Part shown: positions 17,465-28,266 of the stretch, piece after piece
Layout: each line of letters opens with the position of its first letter
Numbering within the stretch: position 1 is the stretch's first letter
From: a virus
Virus record (IMG/VR): IMGVR_UViG_3300035670_000154
Location: 1 to 64,000 of that record
Strand: one strand, 5' to 3'
DNA: 64,000 bases
The notes under the pieces: model-generated
What the model was told of the DNA's origin: nothing
The model's input: only the letters and a program-made list of their open reading frames with translations
The model's database searches: none
Made by a program: the position numbers and the translations under genes

Positions 17465-18855
17465 AAACAAAAAGAAATATAATAAGAGAGTCTCTTTTTA
17501 GAGGAGATTATAATAAGTTTCTTGAGTTTGTCAAGTGTCGTGATAAAAATGACACAAAAAGCGAGTTTTTAGATCAGTTTTGGTGTTTGATTGATCCAAA
17601 TCACAAGGATTATAACAAAAAGTTTTTTTTCTTTAAAGGTGGTCGTGGGGCTGGTAGAACAACAGCGGTAAGCAATTGGCTTATAGATTATGTCAGAATG
17701 GTTAAGACAACTGTTGTTGTTGCTAGGGGTTCTGCCGTAAGCATACAAGATTCTTGTTATAAAGAACTTATTGGAAGAATAGAAGAGCTTGAAATTATAG
17801 ATCAATTTGATGTTTTTGCTGATTCTATTGTATGTAAAAAAACAGGAACAAACATAATTTTTAAAGGTGTTGAAAGAAACACTCCTGCGATAAAGTCAAT
17901 TCCAGATATAGGTGTGTTTTGGGTTGAGGAGGCTCAAGGTTTGTCTTATGATCAGTTCATGACAATATCTCCAACTATATCAAGGAACAAGGGATTTAGG
18001 TTTATTGTAACCTATAACCCACAAGAAGAAGATGATGATATTGAGCAAATAAGAAAAGTAATCCCAGTTGATGATTTGTATGTATGTCATATGAATTACC
18101 ATGATAACCCTTGGATTAGTGAAGATTTTGTAAAATTTGCTGAAGGCATAAAGATAAACGATTACGACACATATCGTAATGTATATTTAGGTGAGTTTAA
18201 ATCAATTAGCCAGTTTTCAATTATTGGAGACAAATTACAGCTAAAAGAATTTACCATTGATCCTAAAGACAGAGGTTGGCAAGGTCCTTATTACGGAATG
18301 GATTTTGGTAATGTTGATCCAAATGCTATTGTAGAAGTTTATATTAAAAAAGATGAAACATCAGATTTTAATGATCTTTATATAAACAAGGCATACGCAA
18401 AACCAGGCTTGAGTTTAGATAATGTCAAAAAAGATGATTCTGAATTAATAACATGGGTTAGAAATAGATTTGGAAATTTCTATAGAACATGTTATGCGGA
18501 CTCTGCTAGAGGTGAAATAATAGACCTTTTAAAAAGCAGGGGTTTTAATGTTGAGAGATGTTCTAAAGGTGCTGGATCAATAGAACTTGGTATAAAGTTC
18601 ATAAGATCGTTTAGAACAATCTACGTTCAAAGTGAACACAAAGATTGTTATGATGAATTAAGGCTTTGGCGATACAAAGAGAGAAAAAAAGTTTCTTACG
18701 GCGAATCTAGGATTATTGACGAACAAGAAGATAAAAACAATCATTATGCAGACGCTATTCGCTATGCTTTTAGCAAAATCATTACAGACCCGTCAAAGAT
18801 AAAGCCTGCAAGAGGTATGTTATTAAGGTTTCCAAAAGGTTTTTTTGATAAATGA
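17461..18855 (+). CDS. terL: terminase large subunit (PBSX-like)
   Basis: GGRGAGRT Walker A, FWVEEA Walker B, TYNP, GMDFG and NHYADAIRY nuclease motifs. Confidence 0.95.
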   Translation: MKTKRNIIRESLFRGDYNKFLEFVKCRDKNDTKSEFLDQFWCLIDPNHKDYNKKFFFFKGGRGAGRTTAVSNWLIDYVRMVKTTVVVARGSAVSIQDSCYKELIGRIEELEIIDQFDVFADSIVCKKTGTNIIFKGVERNTPAIKSIPDIGVFWVEEAQGLSYDQFMTISPTISRNKGFRFIVTYNPQEEDDDIEQIRKVIPVDDLYVCHMNYHDNPWISEDFVKFAEGIKINDYDTYRNVYLGEFKSISQFSIIGDKLQLKEFTIDPKDRGWQGPYYGMDFGNVDPNAIVEVYIKKDETSDFNDLYINKAYAKPGLSLDNVKKDDSELITWVRNRFGNFYRTCYADSARGEIIDLLKSRGFNVERCSKGAGSIELGIKFIRSFRTIYVQSEHKDCYDELRLWRYKERKKVSYGESRIIDEQEDKNNHYADAIRYAFSKIITDPSKIKPARGMLLRFPKGFFDK

Positions 18856-20492
18856 TTAAAATAATAAAAAGTCTTTTTAATAAAAAAAAAGAAAAAACAA
18901 TAACAGTTGAAGAAAGAAAAAGACTACATAATGCTACTGATATTATAATCAGTAACGCAAGGCTATCAAGAGAAAACAAAGAATATGTAAGAAAAAAAAG
19001 AGAAGCGTTAAATTCAATAATGTATAAAGGAGTTGGTGGAAAGGTCGATTTTTCAGACTCTTTTTCTTCTAGTGAATTATACAATGAATTTGATTTGTCT
19101 CCAACAGAAGATATCGCTGTAGTTGATAAAATCATTAGAGACGGGGCACGTGTAAGTCAGGTTTTTTTGTCTTCAGTTGCTAACGCGGGTCTTATACAAA
19201 AAATACTTGCAGTGCTATCTCAAGAACCTACAAGGAATTGGCTCACTTGTGAGCAAAAAGAAACATTAGAAAAAATAAGCGATTTGTATCCAGATGTTAA
19301 AGAAAAGTGCGAAAAAGCTCTATATTATGCCGATCTTTATGGTTATTGCTTTATTTGGTTTAAGTCGTATCCAAAATCTGGAGTAACTGGTAATGAAACA
19401 ACAGAAGAGCTTCAGAAAAAAATAGAAGAAGTAAAGGATTTTTATAAAAATAGACTGACTGACCCAATAAATTATATTGGTTTTGAGGTTTTGTCTCCAA
19501 ACAGAGATGACGGAGTTGATGTTAAAGTTGTTGCAAAACAAGACCGTTTTGGTGGGAACAAAAAGTCTATTGATTACTATTCAATAGGTGAGTTTTCTCA
19601 TATACACAAAAGTCATATTTATTTATTTACCCTTGAGCCAAGAATAAATGATGATTTTTTATTTGAAAACAGTGGGTTATCACATAGTTTAGTACAGAGA
19701 ATTTTACCTAGCTTTATTCAGTATAAAACCGTTCTGGCTGAGGCGGTTAATTCTGCAATAACCAGAAACAATAAAATCTTAACACAAGATGAAACTGCCT
19801 GCGCCGCAAAAGATGAATTTATAGAGGAAGCAGTTAGAAAATGGATGGTGGAAAACCAATCGGCAACACCAGAGCAGATATTAAACATAAGGGCTGATTT
19901 TACCTCATCTTATGACGAAGCTCTTGCAAACGGGCTACTTGAAACTCAAAGAAAAACCAGTGTTTTTGTTGCTCCAGACGGAACAAGTTTGACAAACATA
20001 AATGGAAGAATAGATGATTATGTTGGGTTGCTAATTCATTTTAGACAGGAAATATCGTCAGACTCAAATGTACCAGGATCAAAATTAAATGGAACTCAGG
20101 CGGCAGGACTTGGAGCAAAGGATGAAGGCTCTCAAAAGTTTTGGCTACAAACCCTTGGAGCAAGACAAAACGCATTAACTCCGATTTTGTTGTTGCATTA
20201 TAAACTTGCTGCGATTCAAATTGGCGGGCTACAAGAAATAAAATTAATATCATGGCTTCCAATGGATGAAAGCACAGGTGTTGATCTTTCAATAATAATT
20301 GAAAACAAAATGAAAGCAATTCAGATTGCAAGTGAACATTTAACAGAAAAAGAAATCAGAGAAACAATTAGGCAGGATTTTGATTTAAATTTTATTGCCG
20401 CTGAAAAAGAAAATGATAAAAAGGTAGAAGAACATGCAAGAAAACTACAGGAATTACAAAAGATGCCAAGTGGGAAAACAGGAAGTTCTTAA
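18852..20492 (+). CDS. portal protein (DUF1073-like)
   Basis: Position after terL; HIHKSH, VPGSKLNGTQAAGLGA..E motifs. Confidence 0.82.
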   Translation: MIKIIKSLFNKKKEKTITVEERKRLHNATDIIISNARLSRENKEYVRKKREALNSIMYKGVGGKVDFSDSFSSSELYNEFDLSPTEDIAVVDKIIRDGARVSQVFLSSVANAGLIQKILAVLSQEPTRNWLTCEQKETLEKISDLYPDVKEKCEKALYYADLYGYCFIWFKSYPKSGVTGNETTEELQKKIEEVKDFYKNRLTDPINYIGFEVLSPNRDDGVDVKVVAKQDRFGGNKKSIDYYSIGEFSHIHKSHIYLFTLEPRINDDFLFENSGLSHSLVQRILPSFIQYKTVLAEAVNSAITRNNKILTQDETACAAKDEFIEEAVRKWMVENQSATPEQILNIRADFTSSYDEALANGLLETQRKTSVFVAPDGTSLTNINGRIDDYVGLLIHFRQEISSDSNVPGSKLNGTQAAGLGAKDEGSQKFWLQTLGARQNALTPILLLHYKLAAIQIGGLQEIKLISWLPMDESTGVDLSIIIENKMKAIQIASEHLTEKEIRETIRQDFDLNFIAAEKENDKKVEEHARKLQELQKMPSGKTGSS

Positions 20493-21432
20493 ATATCCGT
20501 ATGGAAATGTATTTCGATCTGAAGATAATCTAAGGCAAACCGCTGATATTATAAACAAAAAGAGAGCTATCCCAATAAACACAAAACATGATTATACAGA
20601 CACAAGCAAAGATTTTGAAGCAATAGGAACTGTATTAAACCCAGAAGTTAATGAAAAAAAACTTTTTTGTGAACTCTCAATGTGGAAAAAACCTAAAGAT
20701 AGATTTATATCCTTAGGATCAAGAGGGAATCTAAAAAGACAACCAGGTGAATACAATGGAGAAAAATACGATTTTGTTATACAAAACGTTTTTGACGTTG
20801 ATCATATTGCTATAACACCAACACCAAGATCGCCTGACGCAAGATTAATTGATTCAAAAGAAGAGATTTGTGAAGTTCATTTTTTAGATTCTATTGAAAT
20901 TGAAGGTTTTGCCGATTATTTTAACGGCGAAAATGTTGTTGAAAAACAACAGCTATTGACAGATGAAAAAAATAAAATTAATATTAAGGAAGAAAAAAAA
21001 ATGGAAATTGAAAAACAAATTAAAGACTTATTAGATTCTATTACAGAAATTAAAAAAAGTCAAGAAAAGATTATTTCAAATCAAGAAAATCAATCAAAAG
21101 TCGTTACTAACCTTCAAGACTCTTTAGAACAAATCCAAAAAAACGCAGAAGAAAATAAAATTGAGCAAGAAAAAAAACAGTCTTTGCTTTCTGCTGCAAA
21201 AGAAAAAGGGATTACACTTTCTGATAGCAAAACATCTCAAGAAATGGCTAAGGCTATTATTGAATCAATAGTTCAAGAGACTGGGGTTTCTTTAAGTTTA
21301 TCAGATTCTATATCTATGGACGCTGCATTAATTGCGTTATCAATGTATACACCAAAACAAAAAACAAACCTTGAAGACTCAAAAGAAAAAGAAAAGGTCG
21401 AAGAAAAAAAAGTAACTTTGCCAAGATTATAA
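20434..21432 (+). CDS. prohead protease/scaffold (DUF2213-like)
   Basis: PINTKH, ISLG, GEYNGEKYDFVIQ, DHIAI..PR..DARLID; coiled-coil C-terminus. Confidence 0.8.
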   Translation: MQENYRNYKRCQVGKQEVLKYPYGNVFRSEDNLRQTADIINKKRAIPINTKHDYTDTSKDFEAIGTVLNPEVNEKKLFCELSMWKKPKDRFISLGSRGNLKRQPGEYNGEKYDFVIQNVFDVDHIAITPTPRSPDARLIDSKEEICEVHFLDSIEIEGFADYFNGENVVEKQQLLTDEKNKINIKEEKKMEIEKQIKDLLDSITEIKKSQEKIISNQENQSKVVTNLQDSLEQIQKNAEENKIEQEKKQSLLSAAKEKGITLSDSKTSQEMAKAIIESIVQETGVSLSLSDSISMDAALIALSMYTPKQKTNLEDSKEKEKVEEKKVTLPRL

Positions 21433-21454
21433 AAATAAAAAAAGGAAGCAAATA

Positions 21455-21997
21455 ATGCCTGGATTTAGACAGACGGTGATAAGCCCAAAACAAACCTATG
21501 GTTTTATAGGTAACATTCAACAAGATACAGCGTATCAAGACATGACTTACGAAAATGGTAAGTTTGCTGATAACGCTGACTTAACAAAAATCAAGCCTGG
21601 AGTTTTTTTGACTTTTCAAACGCCAGGTTTTCTTGAGGTTGGTGGAACTGGAAAATATGCTGGTTTTTTAGATTACACATCAAATTATAAAGACAAGTAT
21701 GAAAACCCAACGACATTTAAAAACATGGAGATTCGAGTAGCTAGGTCTGCTGGAACTTTCACGGCACTAGCGGATGCTGCGATTACAGAAGGACAGAGAA
21801 TTGTCGTTTCAACATCAACTGGTGCTGTCCTTGGATTAAATGATGGTGATGCTATACCTCCTGGCTATATTGAGTTTAAAGATGAATTTGGTCAGAGGAT
21901 TATGGTTGCAGAAGAGGACTCTGAAATGTTTGATAATCTAAATTTTAAACCTCAAACTCTTGGAGTAAAGGTTTATGTAAGATTTCTTAGAAAATAA
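21455..21997 (+). CDS. head decoration/cement protein
   Basis: Position between protease and capsid; size. Confidence 0.6.
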   Translation: MPGFRQTVISPKQTYGFIGNIQQDTAYQDMTYENGKFADNADLTKIKPGVFLTFQTPGFLEVGGTGKYAGFLDYTSNYKDKYENPTTFKNMEIRVARSAGTFTALADAAITEGQRIVVSTSTGAVLGLNDGDAIPPGYIEFKDEFGQRIMVAEEDSEMFDNLNFKPQTLGVKVYVRFLRK

Positions 21998-22018
21998 TAA
22001 TAAAAAAGGATAAAAAAT

Positions 22019-23242
22019 ATGCAACATATACCAGGACTTAGCAGCTCTTTTATGGCTAGTGTTTCACCAGGTTGGGGAGCTGCTCTTGTTGGTGAAAAAA
22101 CAAAAAAAATTTTTGATCAAAAAGACGCAGTAAATAAAGCAGCAGAATCTTTTGAGAGAGCTAATCTATCTGACTCTATTTCATCTATTTGGGGTGACTT
22201 AGGATACTCCATCGATATTGAAGATGAAAAAAAAGGAGTAACAACAAATTTTTTGGACTCTGAGGTTTTTCACGGCAATTCCAACCCAAGAGAATTGGCT
22301 TACAACATGATTGCTCAAACAATTATGTTGTTAAGAAAAGAAAATGATTGGTCTGAGCTACCATCTACCGTTCTTGGCGGCGATTTATGGATGGCAGACT
22401 TGCTGCGAGTAAACTATGCAGATATGCAGGGAACTGGCTTACAGCGTTATGTGCCAGATGCTGTAAACAACCCAGCAAATGCCAATATTGAATTTACCCA
22501 TGAGGACTTTCAAGTTGTTAGAATGGCATTGGTTTTTGCTGGTCATGGATTTGAGTTTAAAAGAGACAATCGAGGTAGATTTGATTTTGGGTATGAGGAA
22601 AATATAAGATCAACTGTAATGAGAACTGTATCTGATGAACTAGATACGATAAGAAAATACGGTGTTGTTATACAAAACCAAAAACACAAAGTTGTTGATC
22701 CAAATATTTGTGGGTATTTTAATAATCCAGCTTATCCAGCATCTTTGGCGCTATACACAGTTGGTACGTTCGATGGGGCTACAAAGGAAGAAATTGTAAA
22801 ACACATTAAGCAAATGTTAATGGATTTAGACCAACAGGTTTATGATAATTCTGCTGCACAAAAAGCAGGTTTTTCTGTTCCAGCTACTCTAGTGATGCCT
22901 AGAGTAACATACGCAAGAATGACAAAAAAAGAAGAATTTGCTCAAGGCATTTATCACAGCATAGAAAGCGAAATTGCAACAGATTTTCCTTTGTTAAAAA
23001 TTATGTATCGTTCAGAGCACGATGATAGTGGCTTTGGCGGGCTTGGTAAGTTTCATTTAATGTTGGATAGAAGTCGCGCAGTTGCAGGAATGCCGTCATC
23101 TTGGTGGTTTGACACTTGCCCACTAAAGGTTTCTTTTACAAGAAAGATTTTTGAAGTCCTATATGAAAAACAAATAATGGCAATGGCTGGACATTTTATT
23201 GATCCTATTTGTCATATAATTCGTCATGGAGATGTAAGCTAA
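22019..23242 (+). CDS. major capsid protein (DUF2184-like)
   Basis: 407 aa, position, ICGYFNNP and PATLVMP motifs. Confidence 0.8.
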   Translation: MQHIPGLSSSFMASVSPGWGAALVGEKTKKIFDQKDAVNKAAESFERANLSDSISSIWGDLGYSIDIEDEKKGVTTNFLDSEVFHGNSNPRELAYNMIAQTIMLLRKENDWSELPSTVLGGDLWMADLLRVNYADMQGTGLQRYVPDAVNNPANANIEFTHEDFQVVRMALVFAGHGFEFKRDNRGRFDFGYEENIRSTVMRTVSDELDTIRKYGVVIQNQKHKVVDPNICGYFNNPAYPASLALYTVGTFDGATKEEIVKHIKQMLMDLDQQVYDNSAAQKAGFSVPATLVMPRVTYARMTKKEEFAQGIYHSIESEIATDFPLLKIMYRSEHDDSGFGGLGKFHLMLDRSRAVAGMPSSWWFDTCPLKVSFTRKIFEVLYEKQIMAMAGHFIDPICHIIRHGDVS

Positions 23243-23556
23243 TGTCTAAAAGAGAGAATCAAAAAATAATAGAAGCTAATATTGAAGACAAAAAAGATTT
23301 TGATGAATATTTTAGCTCTCCTGGAAAAGCTTCTTTTGTGGTAAAAAGAGAAGAAAATGAAATTACCGTTATAACTTTGGAGTTTAAAAGAGTTTACGGT
23401 CATGGAGTTGGATGTGCAACAATTTCTTCAGAAAAATACAAAGCTTTGTATGGAAACTCAGAAGACTTTAAAAATCTTGTTGATAAAGGTCGGATTTCCA
23501 AAAAAAGAGAAGATGTGGAGAAATGGTTTATTAAAAACCCACTTATTTTAAAATAA
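23242..23556 (+). CDS. hypothetical virion-module protein
   Basis: Overlaps capsid stop. Confidence 0.55.
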   Translation: MSKRENQKIIEANIEDKKDFDEYFSSPGKASFVVKREENEITVITLEFKRVYGHGVGCATISSEKYKALYGNSEDFKNLVDKGRISKKREDVEKWFIKNPLILK

Positions 23557-23560
23557 AACG

Positions 23561-23968
23561 ATGACACCACTTGAGTTTTTTGATATTGAGGCTTCTGAAT
23601 TTTCTTCATTAAGCGTTGATATTAAGCAATATTTCATAACATTAGCCGACGGTAAAAAGTCTTATGAATGGTATTGCTTAACTGACGATGAGAAAAACAG
23701 AGCAAACGCTTTGTATGCCGCTTACTTAGTAAGTAAAAACCCAAAGTATAGCACATCATCAAACTCAAGTAGTGATTTGTATTTAAAAAAGAAGGTTATT
23801 GATAAATCAACTTTTGAGTATGCTGAAAAAAGCGGATCAAAAAGCTCAAGCGCAACATATTCTTTTGATGATAATTATTATTTGACAGAGTACAAAGAGC
23901 TTGTTTCTAAATGTGGTTTTGGTAGTACGTCGTACAATAGATTGGCAATTTACGCTATTAAAAGATGA
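23561..23968 (+). CDS. head-tail connector (DUF4054-like)
   Basis: ANALYAAYL and YLTEYKEL motifs; synteny. Confidence 0.6.
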   Translation: MTPLEFFDIEASEFSSLSVDIKQYFITLADGKKSYEWYCLTDDEKNRANALYAAYLVSKNPKYSTSSNSSSDLYLKKKVIDKSTFEYAEKSGSKSSSATYSFDDNYYLTEYKELVSKCGFGSTSYNRLAIYAIKR

Positions 23969-24447
23969 TAAAAAGCAAAACAGAGTTTAAAAGCAATCTG
24001 TTAGAGATATTCAAGGCAATAACCCAGCTACAAACAAAAAAAATAAAAGCTGGGGTCTTGGATAGATCAGAAAAAAATAGTGAGACTGGAGAATCTGTTG
24101 TTGATTATGCTGTTTATAATCAATTTGGGTATGGAGTTCCTGCTAGGGCTTTTATGACTATTGGTGGTTTATTTTCAAAAAATAATACAGAACCGCTAGT
24201 TATAAATATGTTAAATGATTTGTTTAGGTTAAAGCCGATAAATAAACATTTGTCAATAATAGCAAAACAAATGTCTTCTGATATTAAATATGCAATAGAC
24301 CCAACACAAATAAGCCCAGCTTTAAGCAAAACAACAATAGAGATAAAAAGAAAAAAAGGCAGATCAAATCCGAGCAAAACACTTGTTGATACAAAGAGCC
24401 TTCACGGATCAATTAAGTTTTCTGTTGAGATAAAAAATGTCGTTTGA
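23965..24447 (+). CDS. neck/tail completion (virion morphogenesis) protein
   Basis: YAVYNQFG..VPARAF, LSKTTIEIK, KTLVDT..LHGSI. Confidence 0.75.
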   Translation: MIKSKTEFKSNLLEIFKAITQLQTKKIKAGVLDRSEKNSETGESVVDYAVYNQFGYGVPARAFMTIGGLFSKNNTEPLVINMLNDLFRLKPINKHLSIIAKQMSSDIKYAIDPTQISPALSKTTIEIKRKKGRSNPSKTLVDTKSLHGSIKFSVEIKNVV

Positions 24448-24874
24448 GAGCGTTTTTGCAGACATGCTGCAAGATTTTACTATACTTCGTAGAGGAAGAC
24501 AAAGTAAATCAAATGGAAGACCTATTGAAGGCGCTAGGTCTATCCTAACGGTAAAAGGTAGGTATAACTCTGTAGGTGGTTCTTACACTGGAAAACTTCA
24601 TTTTGATGATGGAGTTTCATTGATGGAAAACAGTATTTTCTTTTATACACAACAAGATTTGTTTATAACTGGTCAGTATGATGACATGCAGCCAGATTTT
24701 GTTTTGATAGATGAAGGAAATGGCGCTATTTTTATGTATAAAGTTGAGGCTTTATATAAAAACATGGATAACGATACAAGTGATAATAACATAAAACACA
24801 ATAGATATCTTATCACAAAAACAATAAAATTTACAAACAACAACGATTGGTTGAATGGTGTTTTAAATGCCTAA
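24437..24874 (+). CDS. putative head closure protein
   Basis: Synteny and size. Confidence 0.5.
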   Translation: MSFESVFADMLQDFTILRRGRQSKSNGRPIEGARSILTVKGRYNSVGGSYTGKLHFDDGVSLMENSIFFYTQQDLFITGQYDDMQPDFVLIDEGNGAIFMYKVEALYKNMDNDTSDNNIKHNRYLITKTIKFTNNNDWLNGVLNA

Positions 24875-25571
24875 TAGTATACAGCAAATTATAGCTCAAG
24901 TTGATTCTACAACACCAATTAGAGGAAACGCCACAACTGAAAGTGTTAGATTTAATTTTGACAAAATTAAACAGGCGTTAATAGAGCTTAATGCTTATGG
25001 AGATGATTTAAGTAATCTTTTTCCAAATAAGCTTAATTTATCTGTTTTTGAGCAATACAAAACAAATTCTAGGTTTTATTTAGATGTTCAGTCTGGTGGA
25101 GCTATTGATTCTTTGTTTTCTATCCCATTAGCTGCTCAGACAAATGTACCATTGCTAATACCATCACCAGTTGTTTTTGGCGCTGGAATAACTTATGACA
25201 CTAATGATAGGGCAGTAGTTATACCAGAAGAAGGAAATTATTGTTTTTTTATTAAATTAAATATATTGCCAACTGGTAATGGTGTTTTAGAAACTAGGTT
25301 ATCAAAAAAAAATGGGGCTAATTGGAGCGTTATTCCAGAAAGTTCTGAGCATACAAAAAGATACTCAAATGGAGCTGAGGAGGTTGTTACTTATGTTCTT
25401 ACAAGTAGTTTTTTAGCTAACGATAGGGTTTATATTCATTCAAACTCGAATCCAGCGAATGTTTCTTTTGTTAGTAGGGCTGGAACTTCTTTACAAAACC
25501 CAAGTAATCCAACAGACATTCAAGCGACAAAAACACTTGGTGCTAGGATTCAAGTTTTTAGAATGGCGTAA
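24867..25571 (+). CDS. putative collar/neck fibre with C1q/TNF-like head
   Basis: N-terminal VRFNFDKIKQALIEL, C-terminal GITYD...IPEEGNY.F beta-sandwich pattern. Confidence 0.4.
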   Translation: MPNSIQQIIAQVDSTTPIRGNATTESVRFNFDKIKQALIELNAYGDDLSNLFPNKLNLSVFEQYKTNSRFYLDVQSGGAIDSLFSIPLAAQTNVPLLIPSPVVFGAGITYDTNDRAVVIPEEGNYCFFIKLNILPTGNGVLETRLSKKNGANWSVIPESSEHTKRYSNGAEEVVTYVLTSSFLANDRVYIHSNSNPANVSFVSRAGTSLQNPSNPTDIQATKTLGARIQVFRMA

Positions 25572-25574
25572 AAA

Positions 25575-26081
25575 ATGCAAGCAACACTTTTAGAACGTAT
25601 TAGAGAGCCGTTTTATCATTTTGCAAAGAAGCTAACAGGCAATCCAGATGTGATGTTTTACATTGAGCCTGATGATGGTGGCAGCCCAAAGCCAAAAGAA
25701 ATTTATTTTGTTTTATGCCCACTATTAGAAGATGATTTTGGAGCAACGCAGGGAATATATGTACAAGAAGACGAAACGCAAAAAGTAGGCGGTCTAAGAC
25801 AGATGAATATAAGAGTTTCTTGTATTGGAAAAGGCTCTTATTCTTTGTTAAGCAGGATAAACACTCTTCTTCATTCTAATACAGGAAGAATAATAAAAGA
25901 TGAGGAAAAGATAGCAATAGAAACACAAAAAGTTTTTTTATCTCCAAAAACCAATTTAGAACCGATGTATATAGAAACAGCCCACGTAAATGGAGTAGCT
26001 AGGTACTATAGTTTTGAGACAGATAATGAAAACAATGATTACATTGAAACAATAAACGTTCCACAAATAATAATTACATAA
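25575..26081 (+). CDS. putative tail terminator
   Basis: Directly precedes sheath; size. Confidence 0.55.
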   Translation: MQATLLERIREPFYHFAKKLTGNPDVMFYIEPDDGGSPKPKEIYFVLCPLLEDDFGATQGIYVQEDETQKVGGLRQMNIRVSCIGKGSYSLLSRINTLLHSNTGRIIKDEEKIAIETQKVFLSPKTNLEPMYIETAHVNGVARYYSFETDNENNDYIETINVPQIIIT

Positions 26082-26089
26082 GGATAAAA

Positions 26090-27430
26090 ATGGCTGTACA
26101 AATAAGCTCAGAAAATTTTATACAGGTTTTTTCAGAAATAGGCGACAAAGGCGTAAATAGATTATATTTTGATAAGGTTTTGTTTGTCGCACATCACATG
26201 GCGTTTTCTGAAAGGGTTAGAAGTTATTTTAACATTGATTCAGCAAAAGACGACGGATTGCCAGAAATTGTTCAACAAGCTATCTCTTCAGCGTTATCAA
26301 ATAACGCTCCTGTTGTTAAAGTAGGAAGAAGAAGCTTAAATAAGGCTGTAATTAAATTAACAGGCGTATTTGCTCCAAAATTATACCAATTAAAAATTGG
26401 CGACACACTGTATGGATACACTAGCTTAGTCGGCGATACCGAGACCGATATTATTGATGGAATTGATGCAGCATTAACTGGTGTGCCAAAAATAACAGTA
26501 ACAAAAACTGCAACATCGATTGAGGTTAAATATATTGATGATGACGATGCTGTTCCAATTAAACTAACAAAAAACCTTACTTGGGCATCTTTTGAGCCAA
26601 ATACTTCAGCCAGCACAATTGTTGATGATTATGACAAAATAAAAGATGAAGACGCTGACTTTTTTCATGTTTGTATACAAGACAGGGATTTAGGAGAGGT
26701 TGAAAAAATTTCTTCTCACATGCAAACACAAGACAGAATTTTTTATGCTTGCGTGAATGACCCATTAAATTACGATAGCGACGCCTCTATTGGTTTTGGA
26801 GCAGAGCTTTATGATAAAGGAAGAAATTGTACCTGTTTGTTTCAGTCTCAATTAGCTGATTCTGAATTTTTGGATATGGCTTCCGCTGGACTTGTCGCAT
26901 CAAAAGAACCAGGAACGTATACTTTAAACTTAAAAAGACCATCAAATGTTTCTCCAGATTCTATAACAGATACTCAATATCAAAACCTATTAAAGAAAAA
27001 AATAAACAGTTATTCAAAAATAGAAATTTTTAACAAAGGTATAACTGATGGTTTTGTTTCTTCAGGCAGACACCTTGATATACAAATTTCTGATTTTTAT
27101 TTTAAAGCAATTTTAAAGGAAGAATTGGCTTTGTACCTATCAAATGAAGACAAACCTACTTACACAGATGATGGTGGTATAGCAGACATAAAAGCAAGAA
27201 CAGAGCTTGTTTTTAAAAGACTTCAGGATAAAGGTATTGTTGTTGCACAGAAATTTTTGGCGGAAGACGGGAAAACTCTTTTAGAGCCTTTTACTGTAAA
27301 TGTTGTGTCAAGATCAAACTCTCCTCTTGGCGACAGAATAGATAGGGTCTATAACGGACTGACTTATCAGGCTTATTTAACTGGTGGTATTCATAAAATA
27401 ATAGCTGTTAGAGGCGAATTGAACGTATAA
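26090..27430 (+). CDS. tail sheath protein (DUF3383-like)
   Basis: KPTYTDDGG, YLTGGIHKI..RGEL C-terminus. Confidence 0.88.
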   Translation: MAVQISSENFIQVFSEIGDKGVNRLYFDKVLFVAHHMAFSERVRSYFNIDSAKDDGLPEIVQQAISSALSNNAPVVKVGRRSLNKAVIKLTGVFAPKLYQLKIGDTLYGYTSLVGDTETDIIDGIDAALTGVPKITVTKTATSIEVKYIDDDDAVPIKLTKNLTWASFEPNTSASTIVDDYDKIKDEDADFFHVCIQDRDLGEVEKISSHMQTQDRIFYACVNDPLNYDSDASIGFGAELYDKGRNCTCLFQSQLADSEFLDMASAGLVASKEPGTYTLNLKRPSNVSPDSITDTQYQNLLKKKINSYSKIEIFNKGITDGFVSSGRHLDIQISDFYFKAILKEELALYLSNEDKPTYTDDGGIADIKARTELVFKRLQDKGIVVAQKFLAEDGKTLLEPFTVNVVSRSNSPLGDRIDRVYNGLTYQAYLTGGIHKIIAVRGELNV

Positions 27431-27446
27431 TAAAAAAGGAATATAA

Positions 27447-27884
27447 ATGGCTGTAAATGGTGTTATTGGATTTGATAATATAGTATTAATTGTTGGTGGA
27501 TTTGCAGTAAGAAACGGTCTTGTAAGGCTTGATATTGCTCCAGCAGAAAAAGCAAGCTTTACAAATTACGGAAGCGGTCCCTCATCTTCTACCACTTTTA
27601 ATACAAGCAAGCATAAATTAGTTACGATTGAATTATTGCCAACGGCAGATTCACATGGTGATATTTATAATTTGCTTGATATTTCTTTAGCGACAGGGAA
27701 GGCATTTCCTTTTATTTATCGAGACCCAGCAAAAACAAATCAATATGTAATTAGCCAAATGGCTGTGGTTGAGGATGAGCCTACAATATCACACCAAAGG
27801 CTTGCGATTGACAATTCTGTTTGGGTTATTAGGGCAAATGGCACAACAACCGCTCAAAGCGGCTCTCTTGCTAGTTTAATATAA
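27447..27884 (+). CDS. tail tube protein
   Basis: 145 aa after sheath; VTIELL, FPFIYRD, W.I motifs. Confidence 0.75.
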   Translation: MAVNGVIGFDNIVLIVGGFAVRNGLVRLDIAPAEKASFTNYGSGPSSSTTFNTSKHKLVTIELLPTADSHGDIYNLLDISLATGKAFPFIYRDPAKTNQYVISQMAVVEDEPTISHQRLAIDNSVWVIRANGTTTAQSGSLASLI

Positions 27885-27894
27885 AGGATTTTTA

Positions 27895-28266
27895 ATGAAT
27901 AAAATAGAATTGGGAAACCTTGTTTTTTCCTACAATCTTGAGCAAGCAAACTTTAGTGATCTTTGTGAATATAATGATCAAATGTGTTTTTTTGCTGTTG
28001 TTTGGGAGCTTTCTAAAGCAAATTTTATTGACAAAAAAAATCTTAACTTAATTAATGATTTTTTCACATCAATAAAACTTGAAGTAGCTGGTGAAAATGG
28101 AATAACAATAAAAATAAAAAGCATTCAAGATATTAATTCTTTTTTTCCAATAAAAAAAATTAGAACACTTTGTGAGCTTGTTTATTTAATTACAAAAGAC
28201 GTTTATGAGGATGATTTTCTTCATAGGCTTGATGAGGCAAAAAAAAAGATGGACACGACAAGTTAG
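27895..28266 (+). CDS. tail assembly chaperone (gpG-like)
   Basis: Between tube and tape measure; slippery A_AAA_AAG near end. Confidence 0.75.
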   Translation: MNKIELGNLVFSYNLEQANFSDLCEYNDQMCFFAVVWELSKANFIDKKNLNLINDFFTSIKLEVAGENGITIKIKSIQDINSFFPIKKIRTLCELVYLITKDVYEDDFLHRLDEAKKKMDTTS

